Assembly: GCA_963514005.1 (NCBI GenBank)
Contig: OY740803.1
Span: 28,396,001-28,460,000, forward strand
DNA from: Raja brachyura
Lineage: Eukaryota
Length of the DNA: 64,000 nucleotides
Direction of reading: 5' to 3'
This document shows, in pieces, positions 48,693-60,885 of the stretch. The notes under the pieces are model-generated. The model saw only the letters and a program-made list of their open reading frames with translations. It made no database searches and was not told where the DNA came from. A program made the translations under genes and the position numbers. Each line of letters begins with the position of its first letter. Positions within the stretch are counted from its first letter, which is position 1.

Positions 48693-49772
48693 CTGGATAC
48701 AAAGAAAGCACACCAGGCAGCCCAATTAGACCATCACTGCTCCACAGTTACAATCGTGCAACTCTATCCTTTCACCACCTGTCCATTCCCCTATCCCCCA
48801 CCAGCCACGGCATTGCTAGGATATGGTTCAGTACATACTAAGCCTTACTACGTGGCCATTCCTCACCAGAGTATTAATCATAGAGAGAGATAGCATAAAA
48901 AAACAAGCCTTTGGCCCACGTCTGAGCCACCCATCAACCACCATTTGCACTAATCCTACCCTAATCCATTTATTCCCCCAATTTTCCTCTCAACAATCCC
49001 TGCCACCATAGATTCTATGACTTGTTTTCTCACAGAAACGTAGAAAATAGGTGCAGGAGGAGGCCATTCGGCCCTTCGGCCATTCATTGTGATCATGGCT
49101 GATCGTCCCCAATCAATAACCCGTGCCTGCCTTCTCCCCATTTCCCTTGATTCCATTAGCCCCTTGGTTCAGTTCAATCTCCTGAGGACATTGAACTGAA
49201 CCAACTCACGTTCCCTTTTCGTGAGTGAGCCGTTTAACCCCTAGTAACCCACAACCCTAATCCTACCTGGACAATGAAATACTGTGGATCACCTCCAGCA
49301 CGACTGTGGACTTGTTTTTCTAATTATGTTTATACATTAATGTCGTGATTTTGCACAGATACTTTCCTTTTATTGTCTTGAAGAATACGTGTGTAAATTG
49401 TGTATAATTTGTGTTGTTGTGTGTTGTCTGAGTCTATGTGCCTGTGCTGCTGCTGCTGCAAGCAACGTTTCCATTGAACCTGTATTGCACAGCACTCGTG
49501 CAGATGACTGGACTTAACTAGACTACATCCTAAAACTTAGTCCCAAATTGATATCCTTACAATGGAAGCAAATTGCATCCTTTTATATCCCCAGCAGGCA
49601 CCGAGTATTGAATTCAGTTCCATTTAACCGACATCACAGTCCCTTTCCACAAGCTTCTACATCAGAATCCAAGGTCTACCCATCTTCCACCTGAATGTGA
49701 TTACATCGCAGGATCCAGAACCCTTGTGTGAGAGTGAATAAAGCTTTCCCCCTGGCTGGCATGAGCACTGAC

Positions 49773-49890
49773 CTGATCGCTTGCTGATCACCTCAACAAT
49801 GGATGGGGGGAAATAGCCGACACAGTCCGTCCCCTTCTGGATGTCGTGAATGTGGCCCTTCCAGCGCCCATCAGCGTGCTGCTCAAGAAC
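49773..49890 (-). CDS. CASKIN2: CASKIN2 exon, SH3 C-terminal half
   Basis: tggcag|...|gtcagt. Encodes [39 protein letters not shown]; KGHIH and FPP-IVEV-SKR are CASKIN2-type rather than CASKIN1-type. Confidence 0.95.
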
Positions 49891-50591
49891 CTGCCACAGG
49901 GAGGGAGAGAGCGACAGACCAAGTCACCGACCGCAGACAGTCAAGGGAGTGCCGGTGGCGCAGAGGAAGGTAGCTGCACTGACTGAGCAGAGCGTAATAA
50001 AGTGAGAGTTTACTACTGTAATTGTCAGACCACAGGAAGCTGCCACTGAATACACAGTCAAGAACTCTCTCTGCCCAAGGGCAGCCTGGAATACACTGGG
50101 ATACAAGAGAAACTGCTGTTAATGCCTTTAATACAGGCACAAGTTTACTACAAATAAATATGAGCTTCACATCAGGTCTGGTGCACCAAAGGATGCTACA
50201 TGCTGTGGAATATGTAGTGAGACTGCTCCTGGCTGTAGTCTAGGCAGGGGCTTGTTATAGCCTATAATATACACAAGGAGCCCTATACGGACACAGTGAG
50301 CCGACTGGTGCCTGTAGTACAGAAAGGGGCCTGCTGCTCTCAGTAATATATAGATAGGGAGATAGGGGGGGGGGGGGGAGGGGGTGTTATTAATAGTAAT
50401 ATACGGAGGGAGCTCAGATTCCCTGTAATACAGGCGGAGGCTTGTTGTTTTGTGCAGTACATGCATGGTGTGTGCTATTTCATATAATACAGACAGGGAA
50501 CTCTGTTATGTACAAAGGGAGCCTGCTATTCTCTGAAATATACCCTGGAGAATTGTTATGATGTGTAGAATACAAAGAGGCATGCACTTTG

Positions 50592-50684
50592 ATGTCTGAA
50601 GAAGGGTCTTGACCCAAAACGTCACCCATTCCTTCTCTCCAGAGATGCTGCCTGTCCTGCTGAGTTACTCTAGCATTTAGTGTC
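50592..50684 (+). mobile_element. Penelope-derived mini-element, hammerhead core mutated (GAAA to AAAA)
   Basis: 11-bp duplication CATGCACTTTG at 50581-50591 and 50685-50695. Confidence 0.75.
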
Positions 50685-50824
50685 CATGCACTTTGGTGTA
50701 TACGTTCAGGTGTGTACAATATGGCACGGTTGCACTGGGGCTGGGATTACACAGAGCCAAGGCTCACAGGTAGGTTTGTGTATAGCCATCCTGTTGCAGG
50801 TCACCCAATGCCAGGGCTGCTCAC

Positions 50825-50919
50825 CGTGATAATATCGCCTGCCCGGATGTTGAGCGAGGTGAGGTCGTGAATATTCCAACAATCCTTCAGGGCTCGGACC
50901 TGGAGAACTCCCGAGGCCT
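50825..50919 (-). CDS. CASKIN2: CASKIN2 exon, SH3 N-terminal half
   Basis: ttccgacag|...|gtgagc. Encodes [32 protein letters not shown]. Confidence 0.95.
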
Positions 50920-51215
50920 CTGTCGGAAAGAGAAAGTCAGATAATGAGAGGAGGCATGAAAGTGTGAGACGCACACCCCCTGGGCACCGACAGCACGGAG
51001 CATCTCACTGGTTGGTGTGGACGGGCTGGCCGCTTGTGATTTGTCTATTACACACTTTAGTCAGTTCTAAGAATCCACGTGGTGCTTTTATAATCATCTG
51101 TAAGAGGCTGTTAATATTCCCACTTCTGCTCCCCAAATCCCACATCACACTCCCAACACTCTAAACGTACTCTTCTCACATGGACATCCCGACATCCCAA
51201 CATCCCACACGTTGA

Positions 51216-51394
51216 GTGTGTGGGAAGGAACTGCAGATGCTGGTTTACACCAAAGATAAGACACAAATGCAGGAGCAACTCAGCGGGACAGGCAGCATCT
51301 CTGGAGAGAAGGAATGGGTGACGTTTCGGGTTGAGACCCTTCTTCAGACTGAGATACTGCCTGTCCCGCTGAGTCACTCCAGCATTTTGCGTCT
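51216..51394. mobile_element. Penelope-derived mini-element, hammerhead core at 51320-51347 (-)
   Basis: Duplication ATCCCACAC(G/A)TTGA at 51202-51215 and 51395-51408. Confidence 0.78.
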
Positions 51395-51554
51395 ATCCCA
51401 CACATTGACGTACGTACACTGCCAACAGTCCCGTGCTCCATCTCAACATCCCCGCAGTTCCCGCATCCTCAGCACTATCTCAAAAGCCCCATCCCCGCAG
51501 TCCCCCGGCAGCGTGCTTGACAAGCCTACAGATCTCCGACCCTCCCCTCTTTAC

Positions 51555-51663
51555 CTCTCAGTAGCTGCTTGATCTCTTTGCTTGCCTGCGAGGTGGTGAA
51601 CTGGTTGACAATGTCCAGGGCTGTCTGGCTGTAGGTGTTCCTGATGCTGACATCAATACCCGC
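51555..51663 (-). CDS. CASKIN2: CASKIN2 exon, last ankyrin repeat
   Basis: tgcacag|...|gtaaag. Encodes [36 protein letters not shown]. Confidence 0.95.
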
Positions 51664-52269
51664 CTGTGCAAGGAATGGGGTGCAGGAGAGTAAAGATGAA
51701 TGACGGGGCAAGGTTTGAACCACTTCAGCCCTCCCTCCAACTCCCTCAGCCATCCCCCCCATCACTCCCCACACGCCCCATGGAACCAACAGAAGCCCTG
51801 TGCTAACCCACTGGCACTAATTCCAATTAATTCCAGATGGAAAAGCATGACATGTAGTGGGGATAGGATGGTGGACGGGATTGAGGACGGTGCTTCTGCC
51901 CAGCCAAAATATTGATCCATTTCTGACAGACACACTCTGCTGAATGGATGGAAAAGTTGGCAGCTGCCCAGCTGCTGGCAAACTGGCCTGGGTTGTTCAA
52001 TGACCCGCTCCTTGTATACGGTCACTGGGCAAGCTGTATGCCCCTCACACCTTACTGCAAGCACAGGGAGGGAGCTGCTACCTCACAGCGCCAGAGTCCC
52101 ATGATAAATCCTGAACCCTGATTCATTGATTGATACTTCATTATCACGTGTGACGTGTCACCGTGAAATTCTTTGTTTTGCATACCATACACAGAGTATG
52201 CAAAGAGTTGCCATGTAAAGGGCATCAACAAAGTGACAGAGGTATGTCCTGGGAACATATCTATGAAGA

Positions 52270-52790
52270 TATATCCTGGGCCCAGCACATCAAAACAATT
52301 ACAAAGTAAGCTATACACTGCCTCTACTTCCTCGTAAGATTGAGGAGATTATTCTATCAAACTTCTACAGGCGTACAGTCGAGAGTATTCTGATTGGTTG
52401 CATCACGGCCTGGTTCAGTGACTCCAATGTCCAAGAACAAAGGAGGCTGCAGAAAGTGGTGGGCATTGCCCGGACCATCATGGGTATAGACCTCCCATAC
52501 TATCGCAGGGATCTACAGGTAGCATCGCCTCACAAAAGCAGCCAAAAACATCGAAGACCCACACCACCTCAGCCACGTGCTAATCTTGTTGCTACCTTCA
52601 GGGAGTAAGTACAGGAGCGTGAGAACCGTTAATTTAAGATTCAAGAGCAGCTTTTCCCCATCAATCATCAGGCTCCACAGTCACACTGCACAATCCTAAC
52701 CACAACACAGCCTCAGCAACTATCTATGGTGGACTTTGTATAGGTTGCACTGTTATGTCTGGTTATCTAATAAACTAAACTAAACTGATT
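52270..52790 (+). mobile_element. Rex1/Babar-like non-LTR retrotransposon 3' fragment
   Basis: LYFL..LRRF / SNFYRRTVESILIGCITAWF / FKSSFSPSIIRL remnants; aataaactaaactaaact tail. Confidence 0.7.
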
Positions 52791-53592
52791 TTACAAGCAG
52801 ATCCTCTGGGGATCACACAGGGGGTTTTGCAGGAAAGTGTTGTGTTCACTATTGCCTTTTCCAATGTTGTAATAGGTGCCACACTTCAAATCTAATTGAC
52901 TGGGGGCAAAGGACATTAAAACCTCTTGATTCATTAATCATTAAAGGTGAGGAAAGAGTGAGAATGGGCACTGAAGGTGTAAGGTAGAGGCACTGGAGGG
53001 AACGATTGGTGTACATGTCCGAGGCACAAGAGATTGCAGATGCTGGAATCTGAAGCAAAGACAGGAGAGTTGATGGAGGAATACAATAGGTCAGGCGGAG
53101 GGAAATGGGCAGTTAATGTTTGGGGTCGAGACCCTTCATCTGAGCTGAAAGAGTAGAGGGGATGGTGCCAGCAAAAAGCGGTAGGGAGGAGGGGTGGGGC
53201 GAAGAGCTGGCAAGCGGTAGGCAGATCCAGGTGAGGAATAGGCAAGTGAGTGCAGGAAAGAAGGCTGAAGAGTGACAAGTAGAGAAGAAAAGGATGCAGA
53301 TTCAGGAATCTGATCGGAATGGAAGAGTGGGACCAAATAAGGAGGGTGGTTGCAGATGTGAACAACTGAGGGACAGGAGGTATGAGGAGTGGGGAAGTAG
53401 ATCGCAGAGTGATCCAAGGACAATGATCCAATGATCTATTGGGAGATGTGGGGCTGGTGTAGGTGAGGGTGATGGAGGCCAATGAACAATTGAAGGCTCC
53501 TCTCTGAGGAACTCAGCTCGGACAGCTGAGTCTGTGGAGCTTGGAGGGCACTGTTGATTTACTTTACCAGAGTTTACCCCACGCAAACTTAC

Positions 53593-53701
53593 ATCGAGCA
53601 GCAATCGGACCACTTCAGTCTTGCCACACAGTGCTGCTTCATGCAATGCGGTCCCTGTTTTAGCCACCCTGTTGGCATCGATCCCAGCCTTGATGAGCAA
53701 C
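53593..53701 (-). CDS. CASKIN2: CASKIN2 exon, ankyrin repeat
   Basis: ctgttccag|...|gtaagt. Encodes [36 protein letters not shown]. Confidence 0.95.
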
Positions 53702-54657
53702 CTGGAACAGAGAGAAGAACGGCAGGGTTAGCCGGGCTCGGGGAGCACGTGTGGAGTTACTCTTCGGAGATTCACCCAGCCCAAGGTGCAGGGGAGCTGA
53801 AGGAGTGGGGTGGAGGGAGTGACTATTGTGAGAGTGGGCAAGGACATGTTGTGGTGAGGAAGCCTCTGACAGTGCGCAAGTTATCTTTGCAGAAAGGGCA
53901 CGAGGGATGACAATGGAAAGTGCGCAATGAAGGAGCTCAGGGAGAGAGCACAGGGTTTCACTGCAGAGCGAGGGTGGGTGGTATCTCAGGCGGAGGACGG
54001 CACAGAAAGCCACAAAGAGCAAACACAGTGCACTGAGCGGTGGGTACAAGGAGGCTCCGTAGCAAGAGGGGCAAGAGGACTCCACCGAGATGGATAAGTG
54101 AATCCCAGAGCGAAGGGATCCTATGCCAAAAGCAAGCAAGGGGATGCCCGCACAAAACAAGATGCATCAGGAATGCACTGAGGAATTCCCATTAACAGCA
54201 TGCACAAGAAGTCGCTGTGGGGAAGAGGAGCAAGGCCCACCACAGGGAGATCGTGTGAAAGTCCCGTGAACTGAATGTATCGTGCTCTGGCGTTGAGGAG
54301 TGCATGGGGATTGCAGTGCGATAATTTGTGAGGTGAGCACAGACCCAGAGGCATTGGCAGAGGCACCATAGAAACATAGAAAATAGGTGCAGGAGTGGGC
54401 CATTCGGCCCTTCGAGGCGGGACTGCCTTTCAATATGATCACGGCTGATCATCCAAAATAAGTACCCCATTCCTGATTTTTTTCCCCCCATAATCCCTCG
54501 ATTCCGTTAGCCCTAAGAGATAAGTCTAACTCTCTCTTGAAAACACTGCTCTCCACTGCAACACTCCACTGCTACATACGGAGGGATAGAGTGAATAGCA
54601 GAGGAAACGGCAGCACTCCCATGCACCAAACTGGCTCACCTCCACAGCTCTCTGGAG

Positions 54658-54975
54658 TTTTAGTTTAGTTTAGTTTTGAGATACAGCGCAAAAAGCAGCC
54701 ACCAAGTCTGCATTGACCAGCGATCCCCGCACCTTAACACAACCCTACACACTCTAGGGACAATTTAACATCATACCAAGCCAATTAACCTACAAACCTG
54801 TACGTCTTTGGGTTGTGGGAGAAAACTGAAGATCTCCGAGAAAACCCCTGCAGGTCACGGGGAGAACGTACAAACTCTGTGCAGACCAGCACCGTAGTCA
54901 GGATCGAACTACGAATAAATTTGACTTTGACTTTGACCCGGGTCTGTGGCACTGTAAGACAGCAACTCTACCTCT
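54658..54975 (-). mobile_element. V-SINE
   Basis: (TTTAG)n tail and reverse V-domain. Confidence 0.8.
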
Positions 54976-55100
54976 ACTGGGAGTGTAGGGTTCACATCCC
55001 CCGTGCAAGGAAAAAAATACTTCTCATCTCCATCTTAAAGACATGACCCATTATTCTAAAATGAAGCCTCCATAGATTCCATACTCAGCAGCCACCTTAT

Positions 55101-55580
55101 CATAGAAACATAGAAATTAGGTGCAGGAGTAGGCCATTCGGCCCTTCGAGCCTGCACCGCCGTTCAATATGATCATGGCTGATCATCCAACTCAGTATCC
55201 CGTACCTGCCTTATCTCCATACTCTCTGATCCCCTTAGCCACAAGGGCCACATCTAACTCCCTCTTAAATATAGCCAATGAACTGGCCTCAACTACCCTC
55301 TGTGGCAGAGAGTTCCAGAGACCCACCACTCTCTGTGTGAAAAAAGTCCTTCTCATCTCGGTCCAAAAGGATTTCCCCCTTATCCTTAAGCTGTGACCCC
55401 TTGTCCTGGACCTCCCCAACATCGGGAACAATCTTCCTGCATCTAGCCTGTCCAACCCCTTAAGAATTTTGTAAGTTTCTATAAGATCCCCTCTCAATCT
55501 CCTAAATTCTAGAGAGTATAAACCGAGTCTATGCAGTCTTTGTTCATAAGACAGTCCTGACATCCCAGGAATCAGTCTGG
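55101..55580 (-). mobile_element. Young CR1/HER1-type LINE 3' fragment, near-identical to 863-1340
   Basis: Same 3'UTR and RLIPGMSGLSY...GLYSLEFRRLRGDLIE frame. Confidence 0.93.
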
Positions 55581-56418
55581 TTCCATCTGCTCCGAAGCCT
55601 GTGCGCAATAATAAATATGTACACCATAAAGTATGAGCACTAACTGTAGATGTGGACGCGATATGTTGATGCTTGGTGCATAATGCATGCAGAGCATTGT
55701 TTACACACAGAGTGCTTTGCTCCACTTACTCTAGATCCACAATGGATCCTCTGCTAATGCGACATGTGGTGACTGAAGGCTGCAAGCTAATTAGCATTCT
55801 CGGTTAGACTAACGCCTCTGTAAAGCTGTGAGTGTCTCACCTCATTACTGTTCAACATCAACATTATAAATCTCATTAAAGCTGCCCTGAAGCTGATAAA
55901 AGCAAGAGCCCCCTTGGCAGTGTTAAAGCCCACTGAGACAGATGGTTAAACACTTCTTTGGTGGTTCATACCTTGCTCTGATTATATATCTGAGCAGATA
56001 AAGTGATTTTTTATCAGCCTCTCCCTGGTTCTGCTCCGCATGGAACATGTACTGGGAATACTGTGCTCGCTGCTTCTGACCAACAAGGAAATGATTCCAA
56101 TAGTTTTTTTAATAGGGCAGCTCTGGGCATCTGAGCACTGAAATGTCCAACCAAATCCCCAGATTTGGCAACCAGGTCACCAAGTAGTCTCAACCATAAC
56201 CAATGCCCACACCTCGGCATCCCTCACTTCCATCCCTGCATCTCCGCATCCCATGCATGCTTCCAGATGACTGAAGTCTGCCCTTCCAGCAGAGCACAAA
56301 ATATCCACGTATGTTATTTCACAGAATAGATACCAGTGCCCTGGCCCTCAGTCAACATGAAAGATATAACCCTATCACTCTCATTCTGAGGTTGTGGGAT
56401 CTTGCTGTGGAAAATTTG

Positions 56419-57444
56419 TAGGTATGTTACAAAACCTACCTTTAGCGGTGCTGCAGTTCTGTCACTGGCCGTGTGCGCGACTTTGGCGCCTTTGGGGGGG
56501 GGGGCGGGGTTATAATGCGATTTTCCTCTTGCCATCTGGAGCTTTATTTTCTCGGAGTGCAAACTTTTTCTAAAGATTCGTTCCGACTGCCAGTAAGTTA
56601 AATTTTGTTTTTTAATCGCCCGACTATTTCAGTGCTGCAGTAAAATTAAAATTAGCTCCTAATGCCGTGAACGCCGACAACGGGGACAGATTTTACGTAG
56701 GGGACAGGTAAATGAAAGTTGTTTATTTTTTCATATAAACTTATTTGTTTAGATGACCTTAATCAACATTTCATGTTGCGAAACGGTGATTTATTCCCCA
56801 TACGAACTGGCAGTATTTTTCCTGCCAATATGGGGTTTAAATTCACCGCAACCGCAACTTTCCAATCCATCGCGTTCCAGAAATTCCCACTCGCAAGCTG
56901 TTTTAAATGGCCATTAATCTACAGGCATTAAACACTAAATTCCTTCAATTTGGCCTATAAATTAATGACAATTAGATTTAAAAATCATGTAATATTGTGA
57001 ATTCTTGTGTGAATGTTATTTGGACACTTAGGCTTTAAAAAAAATGTTAATTTTTTCTTAAGAAATGGATAGATGTTTAGACCTAGTAATTGAATTTTGT
57101 AATTAGCTACAATTGGATAACTAACTAATTATATGCTTTAATTTCAGGTCATCCAAGTAAGATTGTTTCATATTTGTTTCAGAATGTTTCAATAACTTAA
57201 ATCTTAAATTTTTAAGAAAGTTATGGGCTTTTGACTGTCCTCGATCACAACTTTTGTGTTTAGTCAATAGAAAAGCAATAGGAAACAAGTTGCTAATTTC
57301 CGAGTATGAAAATGGCCATAACCTTTTTAATACTGAAGATATGAAAGTGAATTTGGTGTCAAATTAAACTTCTTTTTATGCTTTATCTGATGGGATAAAT
57401 TGCAGACTTGATTTTTAAAACCTCAAACTTTTGTAACATTGCTA
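56419..57444. mobile_element. ~1 kb non-autonomous DNA transposon (possibly hAT) inserted into a Deu-domain SINE
   Basis: TIRs TAGGTATGTTACAAAA and TTTTGTAACATTGCTA; flanks AAATTTG and AAATGTG; AT-rich interior. Confidence 0.7.
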
Positions 57445-58607
57445 AAATGTGCTGATAAGTTTCCTGCATAGCAATGCCAACACACTTTAAATAGTGCCTC
57501 ACTCCCTGTGAAATTATTTTAGATGTCCTCAGCTTGTGAAAGAAAAAGTCTCTTCAATATCCTCCACCACTATGATATCTGTCCACTGAGGAAGTTATTG
57601 GAAGAGTAGTCAGTGGCCGGGGCTATTACTCTGGAAACAGATTAAAACCACGATAGCTAGAGGATGGGGGGTGGGGGGGGGGGTTTGATTCAAGGCATTA
57701 AATAAATATGGATCCAAAGTTTGTCCTAATAATGGATGAAATGACCAGACTCTCATAAAAATCCTTCTGGGTGAATGGATGAGAAAAACACAAGCAGATT
57801 CCGTGAGGCTAAACTCAGACCAATTCCAGCCTCAATGTGGAGAGACTGGATAGGTTGAGGTTGTTTTCTTTGGGACGCAAGAGGCTGAGGGGGAAGAAAG
57901 TGTGGGGTGTAAAATAATGAGGCCTCTGCTAAAGGGTTAAAAGCTTTAGAGCTTTAGAGTCATCATTGGAGAGGTGATGAGGAAAGTTTTCTCACCAGAG
58001 GGTAGTGGGTGACTGGAGCTCAACATCTGCATGGGTGATGAAGGCAGGAACTTTCACGGGTTCACAAAAGGCCCAGACGAGCCCAGGAAAAGAAGGCTTC
58101 GGAGCAAGTGCTGGTGAGTGGGATCAACATAGATTTGAACCTGACGGTCAACACGCCCCTAGAGAGCTGAAGATCTTGTTTCAGTGCTGTGTGACTCCCT
58201 AACTAGAAGAAATTGTCTGGCAAGAGGCCAGGTCTTTGGAAAGTCAGAGGATGCATGAAATGGGGCACCCTGACTGGTAGGAGTCAGGGCCGACAGTTTA
58301 TAATTTAACGGGCTGCTGTCTGGGAAGCTATGCCTAAAGTCCTGTCTGACCACTGGGGAAGATCAGCCTGACAAATGCTAATGCACAAAGGACAACAGCA
58401 GCTGTTATAGGGAGGGCAGTCTCGGCCCCTTCTGCTTCCCCTCCCCCCCCCCAAGGGAAATGGCAATGTGCGCTCAGGGGGTCGAGTATTACAGCGGACT
58501 CCATCCAAGGATTTAGAACCTTGCACTGACAAACTGACCATGAATCAATGGCATCGTGAGTGCAATTTGACAGCAAGATATAAGGTTGACACATCCTTGT
58601 TAGTTAA

Positions 58608-59294
58608 GGGCCTGTCCCACTTACATGTCCTAGGCACGCAAATTCGCAACCTCGTCATCGCGTTGAGACGCACGGGCATCGTATGGCCACGCGGGGCTGG
58701 TCCCACTGAGAAGCGCGGAGGGGTATGTAGTTGTGCGCAACATCGCACGGGGCTCTGAAATTTTTGTAATGAACGGAATCTTTACGTGTCACCGGCCTGT
58801 CGCGTAACTGACGGCCAAAGTGGGACAGGCCCAAGACCCTGGCACGACACAACGTCTCACCTCCAACAGCAGCAGTAGCAGGCAAACGATGTCCGAACTC
58901 GGCCTGGGCCTCACGGCCGTTGCGGACTCGGATCTACTTCTACCCCCACTTCTACTCCCAGAGCGGGGCCAAGAAAATTGAAGATAGACACAAAATGCTG
59001 GAGTAACTCAGCGGGACCGGCAGCATCTCTGGAGAAAAGCAATGGGTGACGTTTCGGGTCAAGACCCTTCTTTCAGACTGAAGAAGTCTCGACACGAAAC
59101 ATCATCCATTCCTTCTCTCCAGAGATGCTGCTGGTCCCGCTGAGTTAATCCAGCATTTTGTGTCCGTCTTCAAATGACGTCACGCACTCCAGACGGCTGT
59201 GCGGGCGAATGAAGTTGCGCAGGACCGTCGTAGCTCAACGCGACCACGAGGCCATGTAATTAGCATGCCAAGGACACGTAAGTATGACAGGGAT
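58608..59294. mobile_element. Composite MITE (GGGCCTGTCCCACTT termini) containing a palindromic Penelope-derived segment (~58980-59172)
   Basis: TTAA-GGGCCTGTCCCACTTAC ... GTAAGTATGACAGGGAT-TTAA; internal inverted end AAGTGGGACAGGCCC at 58818-58832. Confidence 0.65.
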
Positions 59295-60208
59295 TTAACA
59301 CACAAGCAGGTGCACAAGAACATCAATCTACATCCAACCTGAGCTGCGATTCACAGCTTTTGCTGGATTAGTGTAGTTGCAGACTAACTCTGCATCCAAC
59401 CCACACTGTGCCTCCACTGGGAGTATCTGATGGGACATTGCAGAATCTTTAAAGATGCAACGCATTTGAGCTTATTCCAAGCGCAGGCATTGTCCACACT
59501 CATGGAACACTTCATGTGGAGAGACCCTCAGATTAATTTCTCCTAGGAGCCCATGGTCCTAACTCTGGAGGATTTTTGTGGCGCTTCGCACAAAATAATA
59601 AGTCTCACGCAACAGCAATTGTCCATCAGCCTGCCCGGATCACTACGACCACCTTCTACAGTCATATGCATCTGCTGGTTCCAGATCAAGCAACTGGACA
59701 ACATGGTTCAATTACCAAATAGTTGATCAGAAGAGGAAGTTTTAAGGGCCATTTCACAGTTGGGAGGAAAGTAAAGAGATGGAGAAGGTGTGGAGGGGGA
59801 TTGTGGACACCAGGAAAGCTAAGTCAGTAAGTGAGGGAACAGGTGGATGGATGGCACGTGGGAGGTGATTCTGCAAATTCCATATAATTGTAAGGCCTGT
59901 AGTTTGGCCACAGTCAAAACCAACCAGGACTCTCAACCACAGGCGAAGAAGAAAGCTGAGGTGAAAGCCCAGCTACAATTTCATTGAATGGCAGAACAGA
60001 CATGTGGGGTTGAATAGTTCTATTTCTTCTGTTTATAGAGGGACTGTGGCCAACCATATGACCACAACTCACAGGTACTCCAATTCCTCAACCAGCTAAA
60101 CAACTTGAATTGCTTTACTGAGACATCTAGGCCTGGGAGTGACACTGACAAAATGCATCTTATATCAAGGCTAAAAACAGGTTTGCGCGTTAAAATGAAA
60201 GGCAGTAC

Positions 60209-60339
60209 TTGATAATGTCCTTGTGTCCATTCTTTGCAGCCAGATGCAGTGGCGTGGTGAAGTTGGCATCGGCACTGTCTTTGGACTGACCCTCCAGCAA
60301 GGCGACACACATGTTACTATTCAGCAGGAGCTGGGCGAC
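60209..60339 (-). CDS. CASKIN2: CASKIN2 exon, ankyrin repeat (most 5' exon found in the window)
   Basis: ctcctcag|...|gtactg. Encodes [43 protein letters not shown](K). Phase 0 to 2 matches the next exon. Confidence 0.93.
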
Positions 60340-60547
60340 CTGAGGAGTGAGGCAAGGGAGACAAAATCACATCAGAGCCATTGAGAGATTAACAATATCA
60401 ATTGTGGACACAATACCATTCAGACCAAAACCAATACGGACCTGGCTGAATTTCAATATCGAATAAGGCCTTCATGTTAGTCATGAAGCCTGCAGTTAGA
60501 GATGTCAAACCTGGAGGACTAGGAACTCTGGAGGATGTTTGCAACTG

Positions 60548-60885
60548 GTTTAGTTTAGTTTAGAAATACAGTGCAGAAGCAGGGCCTATGGCCCACCGAG
60601 TCTGCACCAACCAGCGATCCCCGCACACTTGCACTATCCTAATCCCCACACACTTGCACTATCCTACACACACTAGGGACAATTTTTTTAAACATCTATA
60701 CCAAGCCAATTAACCTACAAACCTGTACGTCTTTGGAGTGTGGGAGGAAACCAAAGATCCCAGACAAAACCCACGCTGGGTCATGGGGCGTACATACAAA
60801 TTCCGTACAGATAAGTACCCGTAGTCAGGATGGAACCCGGGTCTTTGGTGCTGTGCGGCAGCAAATCTACCGCCTCGCCACCATA
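60548..60885 (-). mobile_element. V-SINE with internal tandem duplication (cacacttgcactatccta x2)
   Basis: (TTTAG)n tail, reverse V-domain and tRNA head. Confidence 0.85.

Noticed and set aside
51130-51510. CATCCC-spaced repeats as a CRISPR-like array
   Set aside because: Short degenerate simple repeats in vertebrate DNA, with no constant repeat-spacer period and no cas genes.
24612-60339. Calling the gene CASKIN1 because of the IWVLR motif and C-terminus
   Set aside because: Tail-to-tail linkage with TMEM94 and the SH3 and pre-SAM residues ([33 protein letters not shown]) favour CASKIN2. A phylogeny is still needed.
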